Positions 22,980 through 35,740 of a stretch of 64,000 nucleotides of DNA are shown here, one piece after another. The DNA comes from Candidatus Spongiisociaceae bacterium (GTDB taxonomy: Bacteria > Actinomycetota > Acidimicrobiia > Spongiisociales > Spongiisociaceae): contig OZ241841.1 of the NCBI GenBank assembly GCA_965202665.1, positions 2,272,001-2,336,000 of the forward strand, given 5' to 3'. The translations under genes were made by a program, and so were the position numbers. Below the pieces are notes generated by a model that had not been told where the DNA came from, searched no databases, and worked only from the letters and a program-made list of their open reading frames with translations. Within the stretch, counting starts at the first letter, position 1. The number at the start of each line of letters is the position of its first letter.

Positions 22980-25900
22980 TTGCATCTCAAATCTTTAAGC
23001 ATGGCGGGCTTCAAGTCCTTCGCCGACCGCACCCGGCTGGAGTTCGAGCCGGGGGTGTCGGTGGTGGTCGGACCCAACGGCTCCGGCAAGTCCAACATCG
23101 TGGACGCGGTGGCCTGGGCGCTGGGCGCGCAGACCACCCGCGGGTTGCGTACCGACAAGATGGAGGAGGTCATCTTCGCGGGCGCCGCCGCCCGCCGCCC
23201 GCTGGGACGGGCCGAGGCGACGGTCTTGCTGGACAACGCCGACCGGGCCCTGCCCCTGGATTTGGAGGAGGTGTCCATCACCCGCCGCCTCTACCGGGAC
23301 GGGGAGGCCGAATACGAGATAAACGGGGTGGGTTGCCGGTTGCTGGACGTCCAGGAACTGCTGTCCGATGGGGGGATTGGCCGTCAGCAGCATCTGATCG
23401 TCGGCCAGGGCCGCCTGGATTTGATTTTGGAGGGACGGGGGGAGCAGCGCCGTCAGATAATCGAGGAGGCGGCCGGCATCCGCAAACACCGGATGCGCAA
23501 AGCCAAAGCCGAACGCCGCCTGGAACGCACCGGCGCCGACATCCTCCGTTTGCACGACCTTCTGACGGAAATGAAACGCCGCCGCCGGCCTTTGCGCCGC
23601 CAGGCGGAGGCCGCCCGCCGTTACGACGAAGTACGCGACCGCCTCCGGGCCGTCCGAATGTGGGAGGGCGGCCGGGAACTGCGCCGGCTGCGGGAGCGGG
23701 CCGGGCAGCTGGCCGAGGAGCGGGAAACCCTGCAGGAGCAAACCGCCGAGGGGACGGACCGCTTGGCCGCCTTGGAGTCCGAAGCGGAAGAGCGGGCCGC
23801 GGAACGGGAGGAGCTGTCCGGGCGGCTGGAGCGGGCCGGGGGAGCGGCCGCCCGGCTGGAGGCGGCGACCGGGCGGTTGCAAACCGTCGCCTCGGTGGCC
23901 CGCGAACGGTCGGGGGCGATCGCGGCCCGCATCGCCGGAGAGGGGGAGCGGCGCACCATGTTGGAGGAGGAAAAGTCCCGTCTGCGGGAAGATTTGGAAC
24001 GGGCCGCCGCTGAGGAAACCGAGGCCCGCAAGCAGGCGGAAATCAGCGAAACCGTCTTGCGGTCCTTGGAGGGGGAACTCAGCTCCCTGGCCGAGCAGGA
24101 GGCGATGCCGGCCGCGGGGGCGATGGCCATGGCCTACGGCGACCTCCGTTCCTTGGAAGGGGAGGAAGCCCGCGACTTGCGGGAGTTCGAAGACGTGCGC
24201 CGCCGCGTGGAAATGCTGGAAGCCGGACGGGAAAGGGAAACCGAAGAACGGGAAAGGGTGTCCGGCCAGATACGTTCCACGGACGAGCTGGCCACCGCCG
24301 CCGGCCGGGTGTATCGGGAGAAGGCCGCCGCCCGCGCCGCGGTGCAGGCCGACTGGGAGGGGGCGGAGGGGCGCCTGCGCGCCGCGGAGGCGGCCTACGC
24401 CGGGGCGGAGGCGAAAGCGGAGGCCCTGCGGGCCGGCGCGGTGGGTTTGGCCAACCCGCAGGCGGCGGAAGCGGCCGCCGCCTCCGCACAGGTGATGGGA
24501 AACCTCCTCGACCGGCTGGACATCCCCCAAGAAATGTCCGCCGCCTGCGCCGCCGCCTTGGGCGGATGGGCGGAGGCCCGGCTGGTTTCCGACCGGGCGG
24601 CCCTCGGCCAAGTGGCGGCCTCCCTGAAATCCTCCGCCCTGGGGGGGCTGGCCTTGCTGGTCGCCTCCCGCCCCGGGGCGAAGCCTTCTTTTCCGGCCCG
24701 GGAGGCGGCCCAACGATGGGGGGCGGAGCCGCTGGCGGACCGGCTCGGCCCCAACGCCGACCCCGTTTTGGCGGCCGCCCTGCTCGGGGATGTGGCGTTG
24801 GTGGAAGGATGGGCGGGGGGCTGGGATCTGGTGGGACGCGAGCCGGGGGTGCGGGCGGTCACCCCGGAGGGCGATTTGATCACCCCCTTCGGAATTCACT
24901 TGGCCGACCCGCAGGGCGACGCCCCGGCCGCCCTGCGCGCCGCCCGCCGGGAGCGGGAAGCGGCCGAAGCGGATCGGGACCGGGCCCGCGCCGCCGAAGC
25001 CGACGCCCGGGAGAAGTTCGAAGAAGCCCGCCGCCGGGAACGGGCCGCTTTGGAGGACCTGGAGGCCTTGGAAGCCGCCTTGGCCGGGGCCGCCGATTCC
25101 CTGGATCGGATCACCCGCGCCGGGGAGGCCTCCGCCCGCGAACTGGAGCGCCTGCAGGGGCGAATGCAGGTGCTGACGCAAGCCTCGGAGGGCCGCCGCG
25201 AACGGCTGGGGAACCTGCGGGGCCGCATCGCCGGCTGGGAGAAGCCGGAAGGCGGCGAAACAGACGACGGCCAAACCGACCCGGCCGTCCGCCGCCGGGA
25301 GGTGGCCGAACGTTGCGAAGAAGCCCGCCGTCTGCGCGACCGGTCGCTGGCGGGGGAGGCGGCCGCCGCGGAACGGAGGCGCATGCTGGAATCCCGGCTG
25401 GGGGAGGCCCGCCGGGCCCCGGAGGGAGAACCGGCCGCGGAGGGGTCCCGGGAGCGGATGCGGGTTCTGCTGGACATCGAAAATCTGGCCCGCCGCGCCC
25501 TGGAGACGGTGGGCGGGCATGTGCGGTCGTTGCGGACCGGCCAAATTCAGGCCCGGGCCGGGCTGGAGGAGGCCGACGCCCGTCTGGAGGAGGCCCGCCG
25601 GGAGATTTCCCGGTTGCGGGAGGAGACCGGGCAAGCCAAGGAGCGCCTGGCGGAGACGGCGGTGGAAGCCGCCGAAATCCGGCTGCGGATGGAAACCGCG
25701 GCCGAAAACCTCAGGCGGGACGCCGACGCCTCCGAGGAGGAGGCCCTGGCCGCCCCCCGCCCCCGGCTGTCCGCCGGAGACGAGGCCCCCGGGGAGGAGC
25801 CGTCGGATGAGGAGCTGGCCGAAGAAGCCCGCTCGCTGGCCGCCCAGCTGGCCCGCATGGGCCCCGTCAACCCGCTGGCGGAACAGGAGTTCCAAGAACT

Positions 25901-26468
25901 GGAGGAACGTTACCGGTTGATAACCGGGCAACTGTCCGACCTGGAGACTTCCAAAGCGGACTTGCGCAAAGTGGTCAAAGCCCTGGACCAAGAAATGGAA
26001 TCCCTGTTCCTTCAAGCTTTCGAAGACGCCGCCCGCTTCTACCAGCGCTTTTTCACGACGCTGTTTCCGGGCGGCGCGGGGCGCCTGTCCCTCACCGACC
26101 CTTCCCAGCCGCTGGAGGGGGGAGTGGAGGTGCGGGCCCAGCCGCTGGGCAAAAAGGTAGGCAAGTTGTCGCTTTTGTCGGGAGGCGAACGCTCCCTGGC
26201 CGCGCTGGCTTTCCTGTTCGCGGTGTTCGCCGCCCGCCCCGCCCCCTTCCACATTCTGGACGAGGTGGACGCCGCCTTGGACGACGCCAACCTGCGCCGC
26301 TTCCTGCGCCTGCTCGACGAGTTCCGGGGCAACGCCCAGCTGGTGGTGGTCACCCATCAGCAACCGACCGTGCAAGCGGCCGATGTCCTGTACGGGGTGA
26401 CGATGGAACCGGGCGGCTCCTCCCAGGCGGTGGTCAAACGGATGAGCGACATGGCCCTGAAAGTTTGA
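22980..26468 (+). CDS. smc: Chromosome segregation protein SMC
   Basis: GFKSF, GPNGSGKSN, coiled coils, LSGGE, ILDEVDAALD. Confidence 0.97.
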   Translation: MHLKSLSMAGFKSFADRTRLEFEPGVSVVVGPNGSGKSNIVDAVAWALGAQTTRGLRTDKMEEVIFAGAAARRPLGRAEATVLLDNADRALPLDLEEVSITRRLYRDGEAEYEINGVGCRLLDVQELLSDGGIGRQQHLIVGQGRLDLILEGRGEQRRQIIEEAAGIRKHRMRKAKAERRLERTGADILRLHDLLTEMKRRRRPLRRQAEAARRYDEVRDRLRAVRMWEGGRELRRLRERAGQLAEERETLQEQTAEGTDRLAALESEAEERAAEREELSGRLERAGGAAARLEAATGRLQTVASVARERSGAIAARIAGEGERRTMLEEEKSRLREDLERAAAEETEARKQAEISETVLRSLEGELSSLAEQEAMPAAGAMAMAYGDLRSLEGEEARDLREFEDVRRRVEMLEAGRERETEERERVSGQIRSTDELATAAGRVYREKAAARAAVQADWEGAEGRLRAAEAAYAGAEAKAEALRAGAVGLANPQAAEAAAASAQVMGNLLDRLDIPQEMSAACAAALGGWAEARLVSDRAALGQVAASLKSSALGGLALLVASRPGAKPSFPAREAAQRWGAEPLADRLGPNADPVLAAALLGDVALVEGWAGGWDLVGREPGVRAVTPEGDLITPFGIHLADPQGDAPAALRAARREREAAEADRDRARAAEADAREKFEEARRRERAALEDLEALEAALAGAADSLDRITRAGEASARELERLQGRMQVLTQASEGRRERLGNLRGRIAGWEKPEGGETDDGQTDPAVRRREVAERCEEARRLRDRSLAGEAAAAERRRMLESRLGEARRAPEGEPAAEGSRERMRVLLDIENLARRALETVGGHVRSLRTGQIQARAGLEEADARLEEARREISRLREETGQAKERLAETAVEAAEIRLRMETAAENLRRDADASEEEALAAPRPRLSAGDEAPGEEPSDEELAEEARSLAAQLARMGPVNPLAEQEFQELEERYRLITGQLSDLETSKADLRKVVKALDQEMESLFLQAFEDAARFYQRFFTTLFPGGAGRLSLTDPSQPLEGGVEVRAQPLGKKVGKLSLLSGGERSLAALAFLFAVFAARPAPFHILDEVDAALDDANLRRFLRLLDEFRGNAQLVVVTHQQPTVQAADVLYGVTMEPGGSSQAVVKRMSDMALKV

Positions 26469-26495
26469 CGGGAAAGTTCGGCTCAAGGAGAGAAG

Positions 26496-27473
26496 TTGGA
26501 ATTCTGGATTTGGGCGACGGCGATCGTAGCGGCGCTGGCGGCGGCGGCCGCCGTCTGGCGGTGGGCCGCCCGCCGTTCCCGGCGCGGCCCCGGTAAGAAC
26601 CCCCGGGGGGCCGCCGAACGCCGCCCGGGATGGAGCCTCGGACTGGGGAGGTTGCTGTCCCGCTTCCGCGGCGTCGACGAAGAATATATGCGGGAGATGG
26701 AACGAACGTTGCTGGGGGCCGACCTGGGCCCGGCGATGACCTCCCGCATCCTGGACCGGGTGCGGGAAGCCGCTCCCCGCGGCCCCGACGAGTTGCGCAA
26801 CCTGGTGGGACGGGAGTTGGTCGGGGCCCTGTCGGAACGGGAGAGGGGGCTGCGTCTTTCGGGATCGCCTGCGACGGTGGTGCTGGTGGGGGTGAACGGG
26901 TCGGGCAAAACCACCACCGCCGCCAAACTGGCCGCCCGATTGACCGGGGAGGGATGGAGCTGCCTGCTGGCGGCCGCCGACACCTTCCGGGCGGCGGCGG
27001 GCGACCAGCTGCGAACCTGGGGCGGGCGGCTGGGAGTGGAAGTGGTAACCGGCGCGGCGGGGGGCGATCCGGCGGCGGTGGCCTACGACGCCTTGGCGGC
27101 CGGGAGGGCCCGGGGCGCGGAGGCGGTGCTGGTGGACACCGCCGGACGGCTCCACGAAAGCCGCAATTTGATGCAGGAGCTGGCCAAGATCGTACGGGTG
27201 CTGGAGCGGGACGGGCAACCGGTGTCGGAGGTGCTGTTGGTCATCGACGCCTCCACCGGCCGTAACGGCCTGGCCCAAGCCCGGGTTTTCACCGAACAGG
27301 CGGGGGTGACCGGTATCGTTCTAACCAAAATGGACGGAACGGCCAAAGGAGGGACGGTAGTGGCGGTGGAACACGATCTGGGAATCCCCGTGAAGTTCAT
27401 AGGAGTGGGGGAGGGCCCCGAAGACCTGCTCCCCTTCCAAGCCGACTTCTTCGCCGAGGGACTGCTGGAATGA
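26496..27473 (+). CDS. ftsY: Signal recognition particle receptor FtsY
   Basis: GVNGSGKTT, DTFRAAA, DTAGR, TKMDGTAKGG. Confidence 0.97.
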   Translation: MEFWIWATAIVAALAAAAAVWRWAARRSRRGPGKNPRGAAERRPGWSLGLGRLLSRFRGVDEEYMREMERTLLGADLGPAMTSRILDRVREAAPRGPDELRNLVGRELVGALSERERGLRLSGSPATVVLVGVNGSGKTTTAAKLAARLTGEGWSCLLAAADTFRAAAGDQLRTWGGRLGVEVVTGAAGGDPAAVAYDALAAGRARGAEAVLVDTAGRLHESRNLMQELAKIVRVLERDGQPVSEVLLVIDASTGRNGLAQARVFTEQAGVTGIVLTKMDGTAKGGTVVAVEHDLGIPVKFIGVGEGPEDLLPFQADFFAEGLLE

Positions 27474-27886
27474 CCGACAGATGGGACGGCGCCTCCCGAA
27501 CCGCGGAGGAGCTGGCGGCCGAGGCCCGCCGGGCCGCCCAAGACGCCTACGCCCCCTATTCCAACTTTCGCGTGGGGGCGGTCCTGGTGGACGAAGACGG
27601 CGGAATCCACTCCGGTGCCAACGTGGAAAACGCCGCCTACGGCTCCTGCATCTGCGCCGAAGCCACCGCCATTTCCGGGGCGGTCGCCCGGGGGGTGCGC
27701 CGGATAGAAAGAGTGGCGGTGGCCTGCATCGACGCCGCCGATGCGGATGGGGCCTATCCGTGCGGCAACTGCCGGCAGATAATGAACGAGTTCGGGGTGA
27801 AACGGGTAATCGTGACCGCCGGCGAAGGCGCGGAGGTCCGCTCCCACCTCTTCGGCGAGTTGCACCCGCACGGGTTTTTCCTGTAG
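27470..27886 (+). CDS. cdd: Cytidine deaminase
   Basis: YAPYSNF, GANVENAAY, CAE, PCGNCRQ. Confidence 0.95.
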   Translation: MTDRWDGASRTAEELAAEARRAAQDAYAPYSNFRVGAVLVDEDGGIHSGANVENAAYGSCICAEATAISGAVARGVRRIERVAVACIDAADADGAYPCGNCRQIMNEFGVKRVIVTAGEGAEVRSHLFGELHPHGFFL

Positions 27887-27898
27887 GGGGGCGGTTTT

Positions 27899-28984
27899 TT
27901 GCATCAGCCTTTCGAACTGCCCTTAAGTCCCATGAAAGCCCGGGCGCGGGAGACCCCGCCCGCCGGGGAAGGATGGGCCTATGAGCCGAAATGGGACGGG
28001 TTCCGGGTGATAGCCGCCGGGGCTGGGGATGGGGAAGAGGCGCGGATGTTTTCCCGCAACGGCCGCGACCTGTTGCGCTATTTCCCGGAACTGCGCCCCG
28101 CTTTGGCCGGTTTGCCGCCGGGGACGGTGGTGGACGGCGAAGCCCTGGCGGTGGTGGAGGACGCCACCAGCTTCGATTCCCTGCAACTGCGCATCCACCC
28201 CGCCCGTTCCCGGATAGACCGGCTGGCCTCCGAGATTCCGGCTTCGCTGGTCGTCTTCGACCTGCTGGCCCGCAACGGGGAGGACATCACCGGGGCCCCC
28301 TACCGGGAACGCCGGGCCCGGCTGGAGGAACTGTTCCCTTCCCTGGAAAGCCCCCCCTGGCATCTCACCCCGGTCACCTACGACCTGGAAGAAGCCACCC
28401 GGTGGTTTAGCGACTTCGAAGCGGCGGGATGCGATGGAATCATCGCCAAACGCGCCGACGGGCCCTACCGGCGGGACAAGCGGGAATGGATCAAATGGAA
28501 GCACCGCCGGGACGCCGACTGCGTAGTGGGCGGCTACCGGGTGCACAAAGACGGCGACAAACTGGGTTCCATCCTGCTCGGCTTGTACGACGACTCCGGC
28601 GACCTGCATTTCGTCGGCCATTGTTCGGGCTTCCCCGACTCCGACCGGACGGAGCTGCTGCGCCAGTTCGAAAAAATACGCTCCGGGCAAAGCTTCGGCG
28701 GGGAGGAGGGCGTCCGCCGCCCGGGTGCGCCAAGCCGCTGGGCGACGGAACGCGCCGCGCAGTGGACGCCGGTGGAACCGGAGGTGGTGGCGGCGGTCAG
28801 CTACGACCAGCTGGAGGGAAACCGCTTCCGGCACGCCACCCGCTTCCAACGTTGGCGCCCCGACAAACCGGCCGCCGAATGCACCTTGGATCAGTTGATC
28901 CGCCCCGCGGGCATCGGCTTCTCCCAGGTGACGGGCGGGGCCGCCCCGTCAGGCCCGGCCGTAGACGGGGATGGCGGCCCCTGA
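27899..28984 (+). CDS. ligC: ATP-dependent DNA ligase (LigC type)
   Basis: YEPKWDGFR, RYFPEL, DCVVGGYR, RFRH...RWRPDK. Confidence 0.9.
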   Translation: MHQPFELPLSPMKARARETPPAGEGWAYEPKWDGFRVIAAGAGDGEEARMFSRNGRDLLRYFPELRPALAGLPPGTVVDGEALAVVEDATSFDSLQLRIHPARSRIDRLASEIPASLVVFDLLARNGEDITGAPYRERRARLEELFPSLESPPWHLTPVTYDLEEATRWFSDFEAAGCDGIIAKRADGPYRRDKREWIKWKHRRDADCVVGGYRVHKDGDKLGSILLGLYDDSGDLHFVGHCSGFPDSDRTELLRQFEKIRSGQSFGGEEGVRRPGAPSRWATERAAQWTPVEPEVVAAVSYDQLEGNRFRHATRFQRWRPDKPAAECTLDQLIRPAGIGFSQVTGGAAPSGPAVDGDGGP

Positions 28985-29656
28985 AATAACCCCCGATTCG
29001 CCGGCGAGCACGAAGTCGGCCACCGCCGCTATCTCCTCGGGGGAGGGCCAGTTCACGTAGTCGGCGTAGGGGAGGGCGGCGCGGGTGGTGGGGGTGTCGA
29101 TCACCGACGGCATTATCACGTTGACGGTGATGTCGGACTCTTCCAGTTCCAAAGCAGCGGTCTGCGCCAAAGCCGTCACTCCCGCTTTGGCCGCGTTGAA
29201 AGCCGCCTGCCCGGGAGGGGTGTCGACCGCGCCCCGGCTCCCCACCAGCAGAATGCGCCCCCCGCCGGAGGCGGCCAGGCCGGGAATGGCCGCCCGCAAC
29301 GAGACGAAGGCCGAACGCAGGTTCAAATCCATCATCCGCTCCCACCGCAGGTCGTCGGTGTCGGCCAGGTCCCGCCCGCCCGCCCAGCCCCCCACCAGGC
29401 AGGCCAGGGAGTCCATCCGCCCGAACTTTTCCATAACCTCCGCCATGAAACCCCCCACCTCGTCCGTTTCCACCGTGTTCACCCGCCGCAGAAGAAGGCG
29501 ATCCTCCTCCAACGGATAACGTTGCTCGTACTCGGCCGCCTCGTCGGGGATCAGATAGGTGGCGGCGATGCGATGCCCCCGGGCGGCCAGCCGCTCGGTC
29601 AGGGCCGTTCCCATTGAACCGGTGGCCCCGGTCACCACCGCCACCGGATCGCTCAT
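28949..29656 (-). CDS. Short-chain dehydrogenase/reductase
   Basis: TGATGSMG, FNAAK (Tyr of YxxxK replaced by Phe), PSVIDTP. Confidence 0.88.
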   Translation of the reverse strand: MSDPVAVVTGATGSMGTALTERLAARGHRIAATYLIPDEAAEYEQRYPLEEDRLLLRRVNTVETDEVGGFMAEVMEKFGRMDSLACLVGGWAGGRDLADTDDLRWERMMDLNLRSAFVSLRAAIPGLAASGGGRILLVGSRGAVDTPPGQAAFNAAKAGVTALAQTAALELEESDITVNVIMPSVIDTPTTRAALPYADYVNWPSPEEIAAVADFVLAGESGVISGAAIPVYGRA

Positions 29657-29752
29657 CGCCCGCCCGCCCCGCCGGGGGAAAATTCTCTCATAAGCCGATA
29701 TTACACACGGGGCGCATATGGGCTGAACGGCAAAGCAAGCGCGCTTCTCCCG

Positions 29753-31078
29753 TTACCGGCCGGTTTTGTCCGCAATCCACAGGTCGGCCACATTGGCCCC
29801 GGTGCGCCCCGGTTTCAGCAAAGCCCCGGCTTTTTCCAGGAATGTATAGGCGTCGCACCGTTCCAGATGACGGCGGGCCGCCTCCGCTCCCGCCCCCGCG
29901 CCGCCCGCCGTCGCCCCGTCCACCACCGCCCCGGCGGCGTCGGTGGGGCCGTCCACGCCGTCCGTCCCCACCGCCAGGAAACGATAAGGGGTTCCGGCCA
30001 GCCGGATGGCCGCGGCCAGGGCGGCCTGCTGGTTGCGCCCTCCCCGCCCCCCGCCCGTCACCTGCAAAGTGGTTTCGCCCCGGAACACCCGCGCCTGCCC
30101 CGCCGGGGTGGCCTTCAGCGCCTCCTCCGCGGCCCGCATCGTATTCCCCGTCCAGCGGTCGGGATGCAACCGGGCATCCAACCCGGCCCCGTTCAGGAAA
30201 TCAGCCGCCGCCCGCCCTGCGTCCTCCCCGTCGGCCAACACCGCCGTCACGTCCTCCCCCCAGGAACGAACCCGGCCGAGAGGGCCGTCCTCCCGCCGGG
30301 CGGCGACCTTCCGGATCAGGTCGTCCAAAGCTCGGTCGATCCCGTATTCAAGTAACAAAGATTCCAAAGAGGACCCCGCTTCCCCCGGCGGCGGGGGGAG
30401 GACGGTGGGGCCGGAGGACACGGTCGCCGGGTCGCCTTCCACATCGGAGATGACGAGGGTGATTATCCGCCCCCGGCACCGGCGGGCCAGCCGGCCCCCT
30501 TTCACATCGGACAACGCCGTCCGCAGGCGGTTGATGGCTTCGATGGGGGCCCGGGAGCGCAACAGGGACCGATTCAGGGCGCGGATATCCTCCAACCCGA
30601 CCCCCGCCCGGGGGAACTCCAACAACGCCGACCCGCCCCCCGAAATCAGGGCCAGCAGAACCTCGTCCTTCTGGACGGTTTCCACCAGGTCCACGGCCGC
30701 CCGCCCCGCCCCGGCGCTCCCCGCCCCGGGAAGCGGATGATCCCCCACCGCCAAACGCGCCCATCGCGGAACCGGCCCCGGTTCGTCGGCCACCGCCAAA
30801 CCCCGGGAAATGACATCCCCCAACGCCCGATCGGCCCCCTCCGCCATCCCCCGGGCCGCCTTCCCCACCGCCAAAACCGCCATTCCCCGGCACTTCACCA
30901 GCCGCCCGCCCGCCCGCACTCCGCCCGGCTCCCGGACCAGGGCCTCTTCCACCAACCCCGCCGGCCGCACCGCCGCCAACCCCGCGTCGGCCGCCCCCAG
31001 CAATCGCCGGGTCGCCCCCCGGTCGGACGCGGCCAGTTTGGGCAACAGGTCGGTCAAGGCGGTCGTAAGGGGGGTCAT
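29753..31078 (-). CDS. Glycerate kinase type 2 / MOFRL family (DUF4147)
   Basis: GKAA..M, GDHP, ISGGGSAL, VKGGRL, GGRNQ, TDGVDG, TGANVAD. Confidence 0.92.
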   Translation of the reverse strand: MTPLTTALTDLLPKLAASDRGATRRLLGAADAGLAAVRPAGLVEEALVREPGGVRAGGRLVKCRGMAVLAVGKAARGMAEGADRALGDVISRGLAVADEPGPVPRWARLAVGDHPLPGAGSAGAGRAAVDLVETVQKDEVLLALISGGGSALLEFPRAGVGLEDIRALNRSLLRSRAPIEAINRLRTALSDVKGGRLARRCRGRIITLVISDVEGDPATVSSGPTVLPPPPGEAGSSLESLLLEYGIDRALDDLIRKVAARREDGPLGRVRSWGEDVTAVLADGEDAGRAAADFLNGAGLDARLHPDRWTGNTMRAAEEALKATPAGQARVFRGETTLQVTGGGRGGRNQQAALAAAIRLAGTPYRFLAVGTDGVDGPTDAAGAVVDGATAGGAGAGAEAARRHLERCDAYTFLEKAGALLKPGRTGANVADLWIADKTGR

Positions 31079-31097
31079 AAGGGTGTCAAGGGGGCCG

Positions 31098-31850
31098 TCA
31101 GGGAGTTAATCTCTTGAAGGCCTCCGCCTCCTCCCATCCGTCCGGGGCCGCCTCCCGGGCCCGCCGCCGGATTTCCCGCCGAAACCGGTCGGCCCCGGCC
31201 GCCGAATCCCCGGCCCCCTCCATGGTGGTGGCCGACTGGCTGGAATGGGCCAGCAACGCCTCCGCCTTCCGCCCCGCAAACCCGGCTATGTCCTCCCAAT
31301 GGTCGGGTTCATCGGCGGCCCACAGCAACAGGGCCGCCGGCCGGTGCGGCTGCAAACCGCCTTTCAGTTGTTCGGGGAAAAACAGGGGATCGCGGGCGGC
31401 CACCACGCCGTCCACCACCGCCCAGCCGGTAATCCGATGATCGGGATGCATCATGTAACGCCGCCACGGGTCGTGGGTGAGCACCACCTCCGGACGCTGC
31501 AACCGTATCTGCTCGCACACCAGCGCCCGCAGTTCCAAAGAATATTCCAATTCGCCGTCCACCAACCCCAGGTTTATCACCCCGGCCGCCCCCAGCCGCC
31601 GGGCGGCCTCCACCTGTTCCCCGGCCCGCGTCATCTTCAAATCCGACGGCTTCACGGAAGGATCCCAGGTTCCTTTGGACCCGTCGCTCAAAACCATGAT
31701 GTTCACGTGCGTCCCGCCCGCCGCCCATTTGGCCAAGACGCCCCCCGCCCCGAATTCGGCGTCGTCCGGATGCGCCCCCACCGCCAGCGCCCGCTCCGGC
31801 CGGTCCAAATTGACCCCCGGGGATAGATGGGACGTGCGGTAATCAACCAT
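31098..31850 (-). CDS. PIG-L/LmbE family deacetylase
   Basis: AHPDDAE, HPDH, AHSSQ. Confidence 0.92.
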   Translation of the reverse strand: MVDYRTSHLSPGVNLDRPERALAVGAHPDDAEFGAGGVLAKWAAGGTHVNIMVLSDGSKGTWDPSVKPSDLKMTRAGEQVEAARRLGAAGVINLGLVDGELEYSLELRALVCEQIRLQRPEVVLTHDPWRRYMMHPDHRITGWAVVDGVVAARDPLFFPEQLKGGLQPHRPAALLLWAADEPDHWEDIAGFAGRKAEALLAHSSQSATTMEGAGDSAAGADRFRREIRRRAREAAPDGWEEAEAFKRLTP

Positions 31851-31983
31851 GCCCCCAGCCTACGCTTTCCCCGGGAAATTCGCCCCCGCGCCGCTCCGCC
31901 GAAAAATTCCCGCTTTTTCCGGCAGGCGGACGATAAAGCTGTTATACAAGATGGAACAGGAGCGAACGGAGGAGGTGCGGGTC

Positions 31984-32859
31984 GTGTATCCATCCGCCTT
32001 TGAGTATTCAGCGCCCGCCACCCTGGGCGAGGCTTTGACCGCCTTGGGGGAGGCGGGGAACGAAGGACGGGTTCTCGCCGGAGGGCAGAGCCTGATACCC
32101 ATGATGAAACTGCGGCTGGCCGCCCCCGGCCACCTAGTCGACATCAACAACCTGGCCGAGTTGGACTACATTCGGGAATCCAACGGGCATCTGGCGGTGG
32201 GGGCCCTGACCCGGCACGCCGCGGTGGCCGCCTCCGACCTGGTGCGCCGCTCCAACGACGCCATGGCCGCCGCCGCCCCCTGGATCTCCGACCCGCTGGT
32301 GCGCAACCGGGGCACTTTGTGCGGTTCGGTCGCCCACTGCGACCCGGAAGGCGACTGGAATTCGGTGATGCTGGCCGTGGGCGCCTCGGTGGCGGCCCGT
32401 TCCATCGCCGGGGAGCGGATCATCCCGGCCGCCGATTTCATAACCGGGCCGTTCACCAACTCCCTGGCCCCGGGGGAAATGATCACCGAAGTGCGCATCC
32501 CCCGTTACCAGGGGCAAACCGGCGGAACCTATCTGAAGCTGGAACGCAAAATAGGCGACTACGCCACGGTGGGGGTGGCCGCCCATCTCCGCCTAGACGG
32601 CGCCGGCCGGGTGGCCGAAGCCGGCCTGGCCCTCACCTCGGTGCACCAGTGCAACCTGAAAGTAACCGAAGCGGAACGGATGATGGCCGGCCAGGAGCCG
32701 GGGCCGGAATTGTTCGCGGAAGCGGCGCGCATCGCCGCCCGCTCCTGCCAACCGGACAGCGACGTCCGCGGCCCCGCCGAATACAAGCGGGCGGTGGTAG
32801 CCGAATACACCCGACGGGGATTCGCCCAAGCGCTATCCCAGGCACGAGGGGAGGTCTGA
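31984..32859 (+). CDS. coxM: Aerobic CO dehydrogenase medium (FAD) subunit
   Basis: YPSAFEY, AGGQSLIPMMKLR, VRNRGT, KLERKIGD; SD GGAGGAGG. Confidence 0.92.
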   Translation: MYPSAFEYSAPATLGEALTALGEAGNEGRVLAGGQSLIPMMKLRLAAPGHLVDINNLAELDYIRESNGHLAVGALTRHAAVAASDLVRRSNDAMAAAAPWISDPLVRNRGTLCGSVAHCDPEGDWNSVMLAVGASVAARSIAGERIIPAADFITGPFTNSLAPGEMITEVRIPRYQGQTGGTYLKLERKIGDYATVGVAAHLRLDGAGRVAEAGLALTSVHQCNLKVTEAERMMAGQEPGPELFAEAARIAARSCQPDSDVRGPAEYKRAVVAEYTRRGFAQALSQARGEV

Positions 32860-33353
32860 TGCAGGTAACGGTAACTATCAACGGCGCCGGGGAAACCCGG
32901 GAGGTGGAACCCCGGAGGCTGCTGGTCGATTTCATCCGCACCGACCTGGGGCTGACCGGCACCCACATCGGATGCGACACCACCTCCTGCGGCGCCTGCA
33001 CGGTGCTGGTGGACGGCAAACCGATTAAGTCCTGCACCATGTTCGCCGTCCAAACCGACGGCCGGGAAGTGACCACCGTGGAGGGCCTGAAGCAAAACGG
33101 GGCGCTGCATCCCGTCCAGGAAGCCTTCAAAGAAGAACACGGCCTGCAGTGCGGCTTCTGCACTCCGGGGATGATGCTGGTCGGGGCCTCCCTGCTGGAG
33201 GAAAACCCCAGCCCCTCCGACGACGAGGTGCGCTGGGCCATCTCCGGCAACATCTGCCGGTGCACCGGATACCTGAACATCGTGTCGGCCATTCAGGCCG
33301 CAGGCCAAGCCCAAGCCGCCGCAGGCGAAGCGGGCGACACAGGAGGGAGCTGA
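32859..33353 (+). CDS. coxS: Aerobic CO dehydrogenase small (2Fe-2S) subunit
   Basis: TGTHIGCDTTSCGACT, QCGFCTPG, CRCTGY. Confidence 0.93.
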   Translation: MQVTVTINGAGETREVEPRRLLVDFIRTDLGLTGTHIGCDTTSCGACTVLVDGKPIKSCTMFAVQTDGREVTTVEGLKQNGALHPVQEAFKEEHGLQCGFCTPGMMLVGASLLEENPSPSDDEVRWAISGNICRCTGYLNIVSAIQAAGQAQAAAGEAGDTGGS

Positions 33354-33355
33354 CC

Positions 33356-35731
<2,376 letters not shown>

Positions 35732-35740
35732 GCCGCACCG

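Noticed and set aside
22995-27278. 1427-aa minus-strand ORF
   Set aside because: Antisense to smc/ftsY; typical high-GC shadow ORF with no motifs.
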